64,000 nt of DNA from Amoebophrya sp. A120 (taxonomy: Eukaryota > Protista > Dinoflagellata): NCBI GenBank assembly GCA_905178155.1, contig CAJINV010000001.1, positions 16,244,142 through 16,308,141 of the forward strand, given 5' to 3'. Position numbers and translations under genes: made by a program. Below the pieces are notes generated by a model. That model searched no databases. It was not told the DNA's origin and saw nothing but the letters and a program-made list of their open reading frames with translations. Position 1 is the first letter of the stretch. Every line of letters begins with the position of its first letter. Shown one piece after another: positions 12,235 to 25,858 of this stretch.

Positions 12235-12661
12235 TTATTATGCCTGCTTCATCCCTGTAGTGGAGTCGCTTCAATACAGAAAATTACTACAAGCCTGTAC
12301 AAACATGATGCAACTACTCATGTCCTTAGTTTCACTGCTTCTATGCAGCTTTTTCTTGGTCTTCAGCTTTCAATTCTATGTCCCTGGATGTTTGGAACGT
12401 TTCGTGATAAAAGCAGCCACTGGCTAGGGCTACTTAAACTGTGTTCAAACTAAGGCATAGTTTTTGGTCAAACGCAAATGCACATATACATAGACTACTT
12501 ATGTGCAACAACTCAACGCAATTGGCAGGAGCGTCTCCCTGCGTCAGGGCAGCGAGCGAGTACGACGTTCCCACAGCACTGTGCCCGATTCTTGTCCAAG
12601 CTCTTTCGAATTCCGCAAATGCCAGGATTATCGATCGGAATGGCGGAGCCGCCGACAATGC

Positions 12662-15600
12662 ATGATGGACGCAGAATTCGATCTTCAGCAGGAACGTGAC
12701 GCGTACCAATCTTTTTCTGACTTTTCCTCATTCTACAGTCTACCACAGCCGACTCTCTTCCTCCACCGAGCTTGCAAGCTCGTGGCTCGCCACCCACACC
12801 GACAACGAATATTATGGCGTGTCGTATTCTCGCTGTTTTCCCATGCACCATGGACGTGGGGTGAGCACGACATGAATTTGCATTCAGACGAACCTGTCAT
12901 GGGTTCTTGCCGTTTCCCGAAAAATGCATTTACTAAGAAAAGTCGGCTGGGCTGATGTTTGCATTGATTGCGGAAGTCCTGCCCAATCTGAATGAGGTTG
13001 TGGCTCAAGAATAAAGAAAAAACATAAAACGGCAGGCACCGGCGCGAGCATGGAAGGCTGCGGGACCACCAAGAAATCCTTCAGGCGGCCTGGAAACGGG
13101 AGGAGGACGCGTCAGAGCGATCTGCCCTGACACATCAGATTCGCGAGGTGCAGAGTATCGCTTGCGTATCGGTCTGGCTCTGCACGCCCGCGAAACTGTT
13201 TTCTGGGTCAACGGCTGACACCGCGATGAAAGAACAGCATGAGCATGCCGCTGCAGAGCGTGGCCAAGGGAAGAGTGGCGGGAGCCTTCCCGACACTTGT
13301 GTGTTGCCTGGTCGTAATTGCTCACGACCAAAAAATGCCGGATGCGATTTATTGCCGTGCATGATTGCGCATGACGTTGCGTCGAAGGTTGTAGCTACCA
13401 GAGCGCGCAACTACCCCGAACCATGCCCCGTGGCACTGAAATTTTTCGCGGAAGTGCTGGGGTGCTGCGTCAGGGATATCTACTTGCAGAGCCAGACATC
13501 ATATTTGCATTGCATACGTGCCGAGCTTCTGCGATTGCCCCTCCAGCACGAGGACCGCATGTTTGAGCTGCGCAAAAAGCAACGAAGTGCGCAGCAGGCG
13601 TATCAATTTGCTCACGACAACTTCGTATCGAATGCAAATGTGGTGCCTTGGGCTGCTCGCTGTGATGAGAGCGGTTGCAGGTATTAACACGAATATCATT
13701 AAAGACGACTGTCGTCGCGAAAGACGATCAAGAACTTCAGCCCGTTTGGATTTATTTACTACGTTTGAATACATGCGTACTCTACCTAGTTAGAAAAGAC
13801 GAGCAGAATTGCTCGCTAGGCCACGCTTGCTGGCTTGCTTACATGAGAACCCAACTGCGAACTTTTTTCAAATCGTTACAACACAGCTGAGAGTCCTCGT
13901 GCTCCTGACTGTTCAGTTTTTTGAGTTTCCACAGCCCTGCGTGCTTTCCATTTGCACTGCATACTTCGTTGACTTTCTTCGGATCGCTGGCCACGAATAC
14001 CCCCGCGAAGAGGCCGATCCGACCAGCCGCTGGGATCAGTCCCCGTTGCCTCCTCCCGAGCGGAAGCCTCGCCCGGCGGACCACGAGCGCATCCTCTCCC
14101 CGGAGTTTCAGGTGCCCGACCACCGTGAACCCGCGGCGGCGGAAGACGACTTCTACCAACACGAAACTGCGGCGACGGGCTCGGCCCTGAAAAGTCGTCG
14201 AAAGCAAGAGCCTTATCTCTACAGCTTCTCGTCGCGCGACGACTTGGATTTGGAGTGCGAGCTGCAACCACTGGACAGCCCCGGGGAGGAGCCTGGCGAA
14301 ACCGAGCACGTGGCCGAGGAACTCGCCTGCGCGGACCGTCCGGAAAAACAGACGGACCACGATGGATGGAACGACTGGTGGTGGAAGAACGACCCGCCCC
14401 AACAAGGTTCGTCCGCGACCCCGAATTGTGCTTGTCAAGAACATTGGTTTTCATTCTGATGAATGTTCCTAGTCCTTGCGAAATTGAATATGCAATAATG
14501 AAGATCGTTCGACTCTGCAGTTGGTTCTAGTGGTACTTCCACCCTCTCAATTACAAGCAGGGCGCTCGACTCTCGGTCTTGCACAAGTGATTCATGTCAG
14601 TCTTTTTCGTGGTGGACATGTACTGCTAGTTCGACTTAAAGAAACCACTTCAGACGCTTGCACATGATACTGGCGAGAGCGTTGGCCCTTGAGAGGAAAC
14701 GACCCAGGGCCAAATGCAGTAGCATTGCAGGAGTGGTATATTACCATAGAAGTCCTTACTGCAGAGCCCACAGCTGCGCACAACATATCAGGTGGTGAAG
14801 ACGGGGACTACAATAAGGATGGCAACGGGGAACAGAAATCCGACGCGTGGTGGTCTCGCGCGGATCCTCCCTCGTGGAATGAAGCTTGGAACGACAAGGA
14901 GCAGAGTTGGCTGCACGAACCTCAGACGCATGCAGGGGCAGGTACTTACTTACATACTAGGCCCTTATGGAAACGTGAGCATTCAAGCTGTTGCTTATTC
15001 AGTGTGTTAAAATAGTTCGCTCTTATTGCATGCTGCATACGAATAGAAGACTTTCATCTTGATTTCCAGTTAATACGGCAACTTCGTGACACAAAAATAC
15101 AAACAGAATCCAACTCCGCGGAAATAATCGCTGAAGACGTTCCACGTTCAGCACCACAAGATGCTCCCTCGCACACTGAAATAAAACCTCTGACAGTTCC
15201 CGCGGAACCTCCTCGGCAGGAGCAGGACGCGGGTGTACAAGATTTCAATAGCGCAGGGTCCAGGTGGAGCGCGGCGTTGCCAAGCTCCACAGTCGCGAAG
15301 GGAGCGCACGCTGGTACTTTGGGAACAAGCGGTAATCGCGCGGGCACTGCCAGCTACAGTTACGGGAACAAAGGCCAGAAGATGCACCCTTCCTCATCCA
15401 CAGGCGGTGGAAAAAACGGTCCGCAAAATGCTGGATCGAAGTTTTTATATCCCTGCGAGATCTTGAGTGACAAAAAATCTTTTGCATATGGCTATACCTA
15501 GTGTACCAGATCGATATTGTAAGAAGTTGTACTCGGTTCTGGAACAGCTACATCTTCACACGAAAAAACGCAGGAAACGGAAAAGCCAAGCTCTAGCTTT

Positions 15601-16565
15601 TCCTTTTAGGCGGTACATGCCCTCCACTAGAAGTACTTCGCGCAACAAAGCATCACATAATATTTTCTAAATGGCTTTCGTTTCTGTCGAGATTTTCTAA
15701 AGGGCTTTCGTTTCTTTCTGCCACTGACGCGGCGACTCTTCCTACAAAATTGTGGATTGGTGAACACTCAAAATTTTGCTCTGATGTTGACACTGTGTCC
15801 ACTACTAAGGGTTCGCAAGAGACTTCCCGTGCGTCGTCGTCGTGGCGCGGCCCAACCTACCCGTCCGCCAAAGGCAGCTTCGGATTTTCAAAAAGCTCCA
15901 GCAAAAGCAAGGGGAAGGGCGGAAAAAGCAAACCGGGGCCAGGTACTCGGATGATTTTTCATGATGGAAGACACATTTTTCATAAAATTGAACTTTTATC
16001 ATCGTAACTCAACATAATAAAGTGCTCGCCTGGGAAGAAATAGAAAGCGTTTTTTCTTTGTGTGAAACAACGTGACCTGAGCAGGAGTCGGAGCGTTCGC
16101 TCTGGCGTTCGTTTCTTTAGGTAGATCGTCACAAATACACTCTTCAGTCGATCCGAAAGCGCACCTCGACTGGTTACGGCGATCACAGAAAATCGATAGC
16201 AAAGCGGACCTTCATTCCATATGGAAATATACAGCAACAATCTCCCACTCCCAGAGTGTATTGTAAGTATTGCTTCGCAAGGGAAGTCCTGCGACGCAGG
16301 ACCTGCGTGCTTTAGTTTCTTCAGAAACGAAACGCCACACGACATGGTCGCTTTTTTATGATGACTCGCGGTTCCGCTTTCGCAAATTTTCGTTGGTGTG
16401 CACGTAGGCATTAATAATATTTGCTTGTTTTTTGCAGGAGATCATCCTGCAAGATGGTGGAAGAGGCGCTCTTTTGCGTCCAATATCGGTGTTTACCTAC
16501 ACCAAACATCGATGACATCCTGTAGGGCTGGGACTGTTTATTTCTGTTCGATATTCCGCGCTTGA
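12662..16565 (+). CDS. Multi-exon hypothetical protein (acidic, Trp-containing, Gly/Lys/Ser-rich tail)
   Basis: Protein-like segments at ~13220-13680, 13982-14406, ~14765-14941, ~15108-15433, ~15810-15942, 16438+, mostly joined by phase-compatible GT-AG introns; ends uncertain. Confidence 0.45.
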
Positions 16566-17236
16566 GGACTTGAACCTGAAAAACAGTGACATATCAAGAT
16601 GAAACGTGCTCCTTTTCCAGACAGGACAGTAAGTGTTTGCACCCATTGGTTGCCATACCATCTTACAAAGAAGAAGACTCGCAAATGCAAAAAGCTTTGG
16701 CAGACCAAAATGCAGTTGCACGCTGCCACACATCGTCACTTGCACTTTAGAATTTTTGGAAGTGGAAGATTCGCTTGCGCCCGCGTTGACGTTGATCAAG
16801 AATTGGTGTCGTGGTAGCAACTGTCGTCGTGCACTTGTAAATTTGCAGAAGAACGCACAAGACAAGTGCAACATAGATTATGTTGACAGACATGCATCTC
16901 AGGCTCTCTGAGGAAAGAAATGCGTTTCATCACGATGCAAAAAAATGAAGATTCTGAAATTATTTGACGACACGCAGCCGAAGCGGCAGGCGCCACCCCG
17001 AACCACGTATCATAAATGGAAAGCTCCCGCCACACCAGAGACATCGCACCACCACATAGCGAAACGAACTTTATTTGTCTCTATTATGCAGAGCAAGCTG
17101 GCTGGCGATTTCAATTTCTCCAAGGATGCGAATCTCTTTTCGCAAGTTTTAGGCCCCTTTGTAATTTTAAACTTTTTGTAACTAGAGGGGCGCAGCACTA
17201 AGCATTTGTATTACAGATTATATTGCTTCGCAAAAA

Positions 17237-20200
17237 ATGGTACACAGTAAGTTGCCATGGCACCTTCTGGCAGTTTGTTTCGTGATGTGCAGTTGTACGG
17301 ACAGCGTGCGCCGGCGCAACAAAATTTTCTCCGGATGGAATGGTGTGGCAGCCGTTTCCATTTTGATTAAGAAACCGATATTGCCGCGCAGCTCTCCCGG
17401 GCCAAATCGCTTGCTTGGCCCACTTCGAAGTAGCGGCACGGGTCGGGCGGGAAGGTGTAGCCAGCTTTTGACGGGGACGGCCTACTGGCTTCTACTATCA
17501 ATCTGTCTACTTGCATGGGCGCGTTCGTAATCGTTTTCGTTTCCGAAGCTCGAAGGAACTGAATACAATATCGAAATGCCTCTGCTTCAGTACACTTCAT
17601 CGACCTACCACGACCAGTACATTAATATTCACAAACAGTCAACGCAGGAGTTATATTCAATTCGGGTATTCTTCACACAAACATCGTCATGAGAATGCCT
17701 TCCATTATCAGTGCGTGACGACCGCGCCCTTTTTATGAACACGGATTTTTGCCATTGGTACTTTCGGAACACAGTAAGTAAATTTCTCAACCTTCCAGAT
17801 GAGTGCAGAGCTTGAATACAACAAGCAATATTTTACGCTAGGGATAAGTAGTGTTAATTTTGAGTTCAATATGATCAAGCGCAGTATATCTCGTCCCAGC
17901 CATTCGCAGTTGGATTCCCTTTCCCACCTAGTTCTTTGTGTGAGTGTGTTCGTCTGTCTCGTTGCAAAAGATGTATGACTGAGTGTCAGTGACATAGCGC
18001 GGCGCAGCAGATCATGAACCTCAAGCTGCATAGTAAAACAAACTCTGCCCTTTCTAACGAAGCTTGTGCCTGAAATCAGGCCGCCCTACAAGCACGACAG
18101 CCGGCCTGCAAATCTGAAGAAGCTGAGTGTACGAAAATATTTGGACAAGATGAACTCAGAAGATCAAGTTTTCCAGTTTGAATTTGACAAAGTCCCGACT
18201 TTGCTCTGCTATGTAGAACATACTGGCAATTTTCGTCACAAGGTTCTTGCCTTGCGTTGTTTTTACCAGTGGCCGCGCAGGGACGCCAGTATCTGCTGTC
18301 CCAGCACTCGAGAGAAAAGGAAAAATGTATCTTCTCGATCTCGAGGGATAGTCTGCATGGTGCATGTAGAATCAGACTCAGATATAGAGTTCTCTGTGCC
18401 GGCTCTGGACACTTTCTCTCTCCGGACGCGACGTGGTACGCCAGAAGTACTTACAGAGACTTGAGGGACCACGAGGACGAACAGCGCAGCGAGGTGTGAA
18501 GAAAGCGCGTTTGACAACAACACTAGCTTATGGACGTGTAATAGGAAGCACGTGCACTTCCTATCTTGGAAATGTAAATGAAAGCCAACAGCCGCGAAGA
18601 CGCACTGTGCCTGAATTCCATATGAGAATTCCCACGATGTTTTTCGTGAGTAATCGATGACCAGTGTGACGCTTGCGTCGGTGACGCAGTCCGAGTTCAC
18701 TGCTTCACGCACAATTTTGGCTTCCGGAGACGCACTTTGTGGTTGGGAATATCTATCATGACGAAAATCTCCCTTGGCCTTCTGTGGAACGTCGCGTCCA
18801 CGGAACGAACAAGTACGCGCGCGTGGGACAGAAAAACCAGAATAAGGCGACGTCTACTTCCATTAGCGCCCAGGGTATCGTGACGAGCACGTATGTGGGG
18901 CACATAAGGGGACAGCAAGATTTCTTGCACACTCGGGGTGAAAAATCTACCATTTGCAACCGCAAGTAAGAACAATGGCCACTGGTTTGCAAAATAACCG
19001 CCCAGGGCTGATAGGCTCGACAAAGCTGCTTTGTTGATTTAGCCATGGATTGCAAGAAAATTTATTTGTAATTGCATCGTCCCAATGCCCTCAATATGAA
19101 AGTACTTAAGTAAAGATGAGCAAGCAATGGATGCATCTTCTGACCCGCTTATTTTTTCAAGCTATACCGCGAAGCTTGCAACCACCACGATAGATCCGAG
19201 CGATCCAGATATCCCGTTGCTTAAGGATTATTCGACTCGCTTCTGTCTGAGAGTCCAAAACAGAATTATCGCAGGGAGAAGGCGCACGGTGTGTAATGTT
19301 GTGGGTAAACAATATCATACCGATACCTATTTGGGCGACTTGGACGTGAGTGGGGCCGATGTCCAAAGCGTCACAGACTGTGCTGACAAAATGAAAGCCC
19401 AGCAAGCATCCTGCGCAAGAACGTCCCTTCCTGATTTCATTCACAAGAACGCCGATGGGCTCCCAGTCGTTTCTTTCAGGCACTTTGATCGGCGGTGTCG
19501 CGTTTTGTACCAGCTACGCACATGCTATACGCTCACGCGTAAAATTTATTAGTCCTTTTTTCATCATCTTTGATTATTTCCACTGCGTTCTTCTTACTTA
19601 CTTTGTTCGGAACAAAATTACGCCACAGTTCGTTGTCACCCACGTTTGCATGCCCAGATCCAAAGGTGAACGCTTGCGACCAAATTGTAGTCATGCTCGA
19701 ATCAACTAAATTGTTTGATCGTGGCTGAGACGTGATGCGGCCAGGTGAACGAACTAGGACCATGCAGTGCAGCCGAACTTTGCACGCGTGAGGCCCATAC
19801 TTACAACCTTGATGTGGACTGCAGAGCTCCCAATATTTTAACAGAATGTGCCGGGAAGATGCGGACGTTTTTATATAGTATAATACGGCTATGCTTTTTC
19901 CTACAAACGAGGAGAGACCGGCGGGGCAGCACACAGTTGCAGGATTGTGACAAGGAATCCAATGGACGGCACTGGTAAAGCGGCATGGATCGGACACAAT
20001 GGTTTTCCCTATGCGAGATTCGGTTCGTAGCGTTGACTGATCGCGATCCACATGGGTAACGACATATATATAATGTCATAACTAGGGCCGTTAACTTAAT
20101 AGCTACGCACCATAGCTAAGCTATGCTCGCTCATGCTGATGACTTTGGCCCATCGCCTGCGTATGGCCCAAGCGTGCGTCTGTTGCCTGAGTAAGTGGAG

Positions 20201-21188
20201 CGATTTCATCTTTTTAGGGAGCTGGCTGCGGCTCAGTTTCTTCTACGTGGAACGCGATCACCTTACTGCGATCCGGTTTCGGATCACAGATCACCTAACA
20301 ACGTAGATTGCAAATACCTCTCGCTCTGGAGTCAATTTGATCCAGGATCGGCTGATTTGACGGCTGAGGATGAGGCTAACATCGAGGGTCAAGGGTACAA
20401 CGTGTATGTACCCTGTACAACAAGTTACTACGGTTGTAAGCAACAGGGCGGGTATAATGACAAGGAGTACTGCGTGGAGTCCAATGCAGATGACAGATAC
20501 GAAAAGATGAGGGACCCGAGCGGACCGATTGAGTACGCCTACAACCCCACTCTGTGCGTGTACGCGGACGACGTTTTTCTGACCGCCACTGAAAAAACGC
20601 AGGACCAGTGTGTTGCCACCACTACTACGACGACCACATCCACCACAACTACGTATCACACGGGATGAAAAATGAGGACTAGCACGCCATACTTGTAAGA
20701 ACAACGCCATGGAGATGGACGTCGATATCTAAGCACGAGACACTGAACAAAGACAAATCTTCGAAGCTCAACCTGTCATGTTGAAAACCATAGCATTTTA
20801 GAAGTAAGTAGCTTGGTTTCAGTAAATTTTTATTGGTGATTAATGCACGTTTTTCAACTTTCTGTTTCTTTGCGAAGTGTTCCACACCTCTGCAGATATT
20901 CTTACCTTCTTGGATTACTTAGTAGTTTGCGGGAGGATTTTTCCCGCTCACCTTAAGAAGCGCACACGCAATTCTGTTTCTTTGCGAAAAACTGTGGCAT
21001 GCTGCTTTTTTCTACGGCAGACCACTGTGCCGGTGGACGCGAGGTGCGACGGCGTGGGCAACGAAGTAGTCCGCTTTAACAACACGGCTGACGTAAAGTG
21101 GATCTGCGATCAGAGGACCCAGAACGGAGCCAGGCACAGTAGCTTTCTGCATTACACTACGCAAATAGAAGAAAAATGTTGCAGTTAG
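17237..21188 (+). CDS. Secreted Cys/Thr-rich modular protein, family member A
   Basis: Possible signal peptide MVHSKLPWHLLAVCFVMCSC (link to later exons inferred); motifs shared with paralogs: LKD..FC.....IIAGRRR (~19220-19290), YNPTLCVYADDVFLTATEKTQDQC plus poly-T (20540-20650), PVDARCDGVGNEVVRFNNTADVKWICDQ (21030-21115). Confidence 0.55.
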
Positions 21189-22594
21189 AGTTCCACAGTC
21201 AGACAAATTCATCTGCCATGCCGGATATGCTTGATAGCCTAGTTTCATCGTACGTATTTGCGTTGCGAGTTTTCTATGCCATGCAGGGGAAGTTTGTTTT
21301 TTGTCCGAGATGCCCGGCTCTCAATGCAATCCGGTGCAGACAGTTTACCTTTAGGAAAATCAAGCAGTTCGAGAGCAGTTTCTGGCTCACCTTGGTAGCT
21401 ACTACAGTACCGAAAAAGCTTGCGCCATATTGTTTTTGTTGCTGATGTTACAACAAATCTGTGACTGTAACACTTTTATCTTGGGATATACACGGTCGAC
21501 GGCCCGAAAGATGACAACACCGGCGAGCCGTTTCCTGCTGATCTGCAGACCAAGGCCGAGTTGCCGGTCATCCACACCCTTGTCGTCTGCAAGGACTCCG
21601 TATTGAGAGGAAAAATCCCCTCTCCCCACATCAGAACGAAATTTCTGATGCTGGATTTGCGTACGCAAATTGCAAGCCCATATAATGCCAGAGTAGCGAG
21701 GTTTTGGCCTAAGGACTTAGCATGAGGAACGTCTATGCTGTAGGCCCAACAGCATTACAAAGAAACCGCCTGCATAATGGGGCGGAGCCTATGGAGTCGC
21801 TTTCTGTGAAGACAGACGCTATTTGTGGCCACGAGTCAGCACTGCAAATTTTCTGAGGCGTGCCGTCTTGATATGGGGAGGGGGGATTTTTCATTTTGAT
21901 ACTCCGACATGGACATCGAAGCCTGCACAGTGAACACGCTGTGCAATGCGTGCCAGCGGGCGGAAGCGTTGTGCCCAGACCCCCTGAAAAGGGAAACCAT
22001 CACTGTCAATTGCGAAAGCCGCTGAAGTGCAAGCCAAAGAAACCACTGTGCGGAAGATCCGCTGTCTGACACAAGATGATGAACTCCGCGTCTTCGCCTA
22101 GTTATCCAAAACGACGGACTGTCTCCACGTATCTCCAAAGAATGGGTCACTCGGTATAGATTTTCTTTTCTAGATTGCTGCCCACTAACTAACTCGTACT
22201 CTGTATGATTTGTGGCCGCGTTTACGCATCGTCACAACCTTCCTAGATCCTCGTTGAGACGAACAAAAATCTAACACGGGGTGGAGTTCAATGCGTATTC
22301 CGGCCTCTTAATGTTAATTAGCAGCCGCTCCACTAATAAGCCTGCCATTCGACGAGCAGGCGATACCAGGAAGATAACTCGACCTATTTGCTTCCAGTCA
22401 TTATTCTTCATACACTGGATCAGTGGTAAAGCCCACTGGTACGCAATCCGCAATCAGAGCGAGAGATTCGGTTTATTGTGCGCGTCCGTTGCTTGCGGCC
22501 GATCACGTCGTGTCGAGCTATATTTAAAGAGAGGACGCGACGATTCCCCTCTCCGTTGCCATAACTGCGTACAACAGGTTGGATCGCGACTCTA

Positions 22595-22855
22595 GTGGTG
22601 AAAGTATGAGCTTCAATCTCCTACCGGGAGCGAGGGCGCTTTCTTTCTGGACCCTATCAATTTGCAACTACGGGCACAGGATTCCAGTGCTGAAAGTAGG
22701 AGCTTCGATCGTTTACCGGGGTCGTTTGCGCTCCTTTGAGGCTATGTATCAATTTAAAAGTGGAAGTGCGCGATTCCAGTGCTGAAACTACGAGCTTCCA
22801 TCGTCTTCCGGGTTCACGGGCGCTTTATTTCTCAAGCCTAATATCAATTTGAAAA
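22595..22855. repeat. Three diverged tandem units, 92-bp period
   Basis: GTG(G/C)TGAAAxTAxGAGCTTCxATC starts at 22595, 22687 and 22779; each unit also carries TATCAATTT. Confidence 0.75.
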
Positions 22856-24367
22856 ATTTTCTCTGTGCATGCTGTGAACGGAGGTCGGCATCCTGATCGT
22901 AATCGTTGCAGATACGGTGCCGACTCATCTTTGCATTTGATCTCGATTTGCTCCTCCGTCCCAGTATCGACAGGCGGTGCGTTTGCTGCCGTTTGTTCAC
23001 GTTCTCTGAGCGGGGAGATGAATCACGGAGCGGAATTCTTGTGAGTGTAAAAGTTGCAAGACTTTTAGATCGTGATCTGCCAATTATACAAAATGAAAAT
23101 ATTAGTATTATGTGCGGGAGTTGTGCAGGTGCACCGCACGCGATGAGAAAAAGGGAAACGAATTTCCATTTGTGTCAGCAGGCCTCGGATTAGTCAAAAA
23201 ACATTCGCAAGGCCGGAGCAGCAGGGTATGCTGCGGAATACACGGATTCAACAACTGCACTAGCACGAAGATAATGTTTTCAAATTGATATAGTGAACGC
23301 GAAGGACTCCAAGAGCATCGCGTCGATGGCAAAGAGTTGCGCTTTTTGCCTAATGTAGAATATAAAAGTATATGCCATTTTCAAAAAGTTTCGATGGCAG
23401 CTAGTCTAGAAAGTCAATTTGTTTCGATTTCTTGTTGTAATTCCTTTCTAATGATAGTCAGTAAGAGGTCTGAGCGGGACATCAACATCATGCACCAAGA
23501 AGAAGAGACCAGGCGCATTCCAATAGGACAATTGGATGGAAATTTGGAAATCTTCCACAGGGAGAGGTGCATCTGCGCGCACCTCCGACAGAAGCTTTTC
23601 TTCTGTACTAGCCTGCTCTTGCAGAAGCATGAGATGCTATTTCACCGCATACTAATCACCTGCTTTGTTTTGCATTCGGCAATTCTATGGTTGCACCAGC
23701 TTACTTTTAGGTAAACATACCCAGCACATGAATTTCACTTGACAAGGAGTAGAATGAAATACTAGGTTGTTGCCTGCCACGACCAGTAATAAAAGTGGCA
23801 AAATATAACTCTGGTGAGAGTACGTGCGTGAATTTGTGCGGAGCGATCTACGAGGAACCACTGCGGTATTAGTTCTTTTTCTATCAAACTGTCCCGGTGG
23901 TCCCCGAGTCGGAGCAGTCAAAACATAACCTGTGACTCCGTCTTGAAACGTTTCTCAAGCATGATGAATTTCGGTTCACTTCTGCAAAAACGCGCCTTGC
24001 CAGTAAGACCGCAAATCCGCGCAGGAGCTACCCAGAAAAGTGCGAAAAAACCTAAAACCACAAGGCCGAGCGGGAGCGCGTTGTCTTGAATATAACATAC
24101 TCTATTGATTGATTGCGCTTCTACATGAGAGCGCTTCTACATGAGAAACTTCTCAAGTTTTCCGCCGTGTTTTGGCATATTAAGGTTACGGCCGCGCCTT
24201 GTTGATCGCCAAGAACAGAGGCCGAATTCGATGCCTCCTGAAGAGTGCGCAATTCATCTATTGTCCAGGCAAAATCTTTTCCTCTGGGGAAATCAGGGCT
24301 GTCACTTTTTGGGTAGCAATCGCCGTTCGTGTGCTTGGCCCGTTTTTGCTGCTGCAAGGAAGTGAGA

Positions 24368-25078
24368 GGCTTGGTATTTGGATAGGAGTGTGAATTATTT
24401 CCCCACTCCTTTGAATCACTTCCCCACGCTTCACCACCCGACCCGGGTCAGTGCCTCAAATCCCCTGCATCGCCTCCCCACCTCCCCCGCATTACCTCCG
24501 CGACAGCCGGAGCCGATGCAGAGCCGGCGATCAACTTCGTTGCTTAGGGCTTAGGGTTCGGCGTTTGGATCGTCGAGGCCAGACGGCGCCGCCGCGCCGT
24601 TTGACCTCGCTGACCCCCTTCTTCTCGCGCCGCCGCCGCTCTTCCCGTCCGTACTTATTGTGCGCCCGAGCGTTCTCCTATGTGTGGTTCGGCCCCCCAG
24701 TGTCGCGCCCCCGCGGTGCTCCCAGCGTCGCGTGTTTTTAAGTACAATACTGCGCTCCCCGTGTCGTGTCGTTCCATGATGTCCGCCCTGCCTCCTGGGC
24801 CTGCCACCTGGTGGCGCTCACAGACATAGGTAGGCACGGGGAGCGCAGATGCGGGCAGCATACTTAGAAGGTAGGCTCGCGGGGCGCAGCTGCGCAGCAG
24901 CGGGCGCCACCAACCACTCTTGCGGCTGGTGGGAAAGTGGGGCCTGACTCCCGCACTTCGTTCCCCAGCACTGGGGAAGTAAGGACTTCTCCATGTGAGG
25001 GGAAGCATTTCCCCAGGGCGGGGTTGTGGGGAGGTGGGGAAGTGATGCGTGGGGAGGTGATTCACAACATACCTAGCC
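24368..25078. mobile_element. MITE-like element with imperfect terminal IRs
   Basis: TGAATCACTTCCCCACGC (24412-24429) vs GCGTGGGGAGGTGATTCA (25047-25064); repeated TCCCCAC left and GTGGGGA right; internal perfect 14-bp IR 24750-24763 / 24835-24848. Confidence 0.55.
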
Positions 25079-25858
25079 CGGCATTTGTTTACCAAAAAAA
25101 GATGGATCAGAAATTGCTTAACAGTAAACCCGTGCGCCGCTTCTAGGTTCGCAAGACATTGAAAATAGGTGAGGCGGGTGGTCATTTGTTACACCAGGTC
25201 GAAAAAAGCTAGACCACTGACTTTTCTTTGCGGGCCGCAATGAATTAGAGTCGCGGCGCGTCCGGAGCATGTAGGGGCGGGCACGCTTCGCACCGAAAAC
25301 AACAAGCCGCCGCGGTTCGCGCGTTACCTTGTCGGGTCGTGCTAGTAAACCGGGTCGTGCTAGCGAGAATCTGAGCGCCCATACCCCGAGTCCAAAGAAA
25401 CGTAGCTTCACAGCTTGAAAGAAACGGTCTGAAGTCTAACTATGCTTTGGGTCGGCGCCCCACTTTAAGCTCCGTTGGGTCGGCGCCCCACGGATAATGT
25501 TTCCAACACAACGATAAAATTACTCGTCTACGATTGAGGCGAGGACGAGAATTGTTGTATGTGCAGCAAAACAGGGACGAGTAGCTCTAGCTCTGACAAC
25601 ACCAGAAAATAACGAAGGCCTCACATGATGGATTTGTTTGTTTTGTATTGATATTTTCCTTTTCTTCCCTCGCTTTATTTCTCTAAAGGCTCGTGGGTAG
25701 AACTAGAAGGAGAAGCTGACTCTCATAAACGGTTACAACGGTTGTAACGGACAAAAATTTTATTGCATTTACAGACAAGCGCAGTTACAGTTTTTCTTTT
25801 TATCCAAAGACGAGGAAGCTCTTGAAAGTGAAGTCGATATTCACCCTCCACAAGGAAC

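Noticed and set aside
24544-24556. TTAGGG x2 telomere-like sequence
   Set aside because: Only two interrupted units; plausible by chance.
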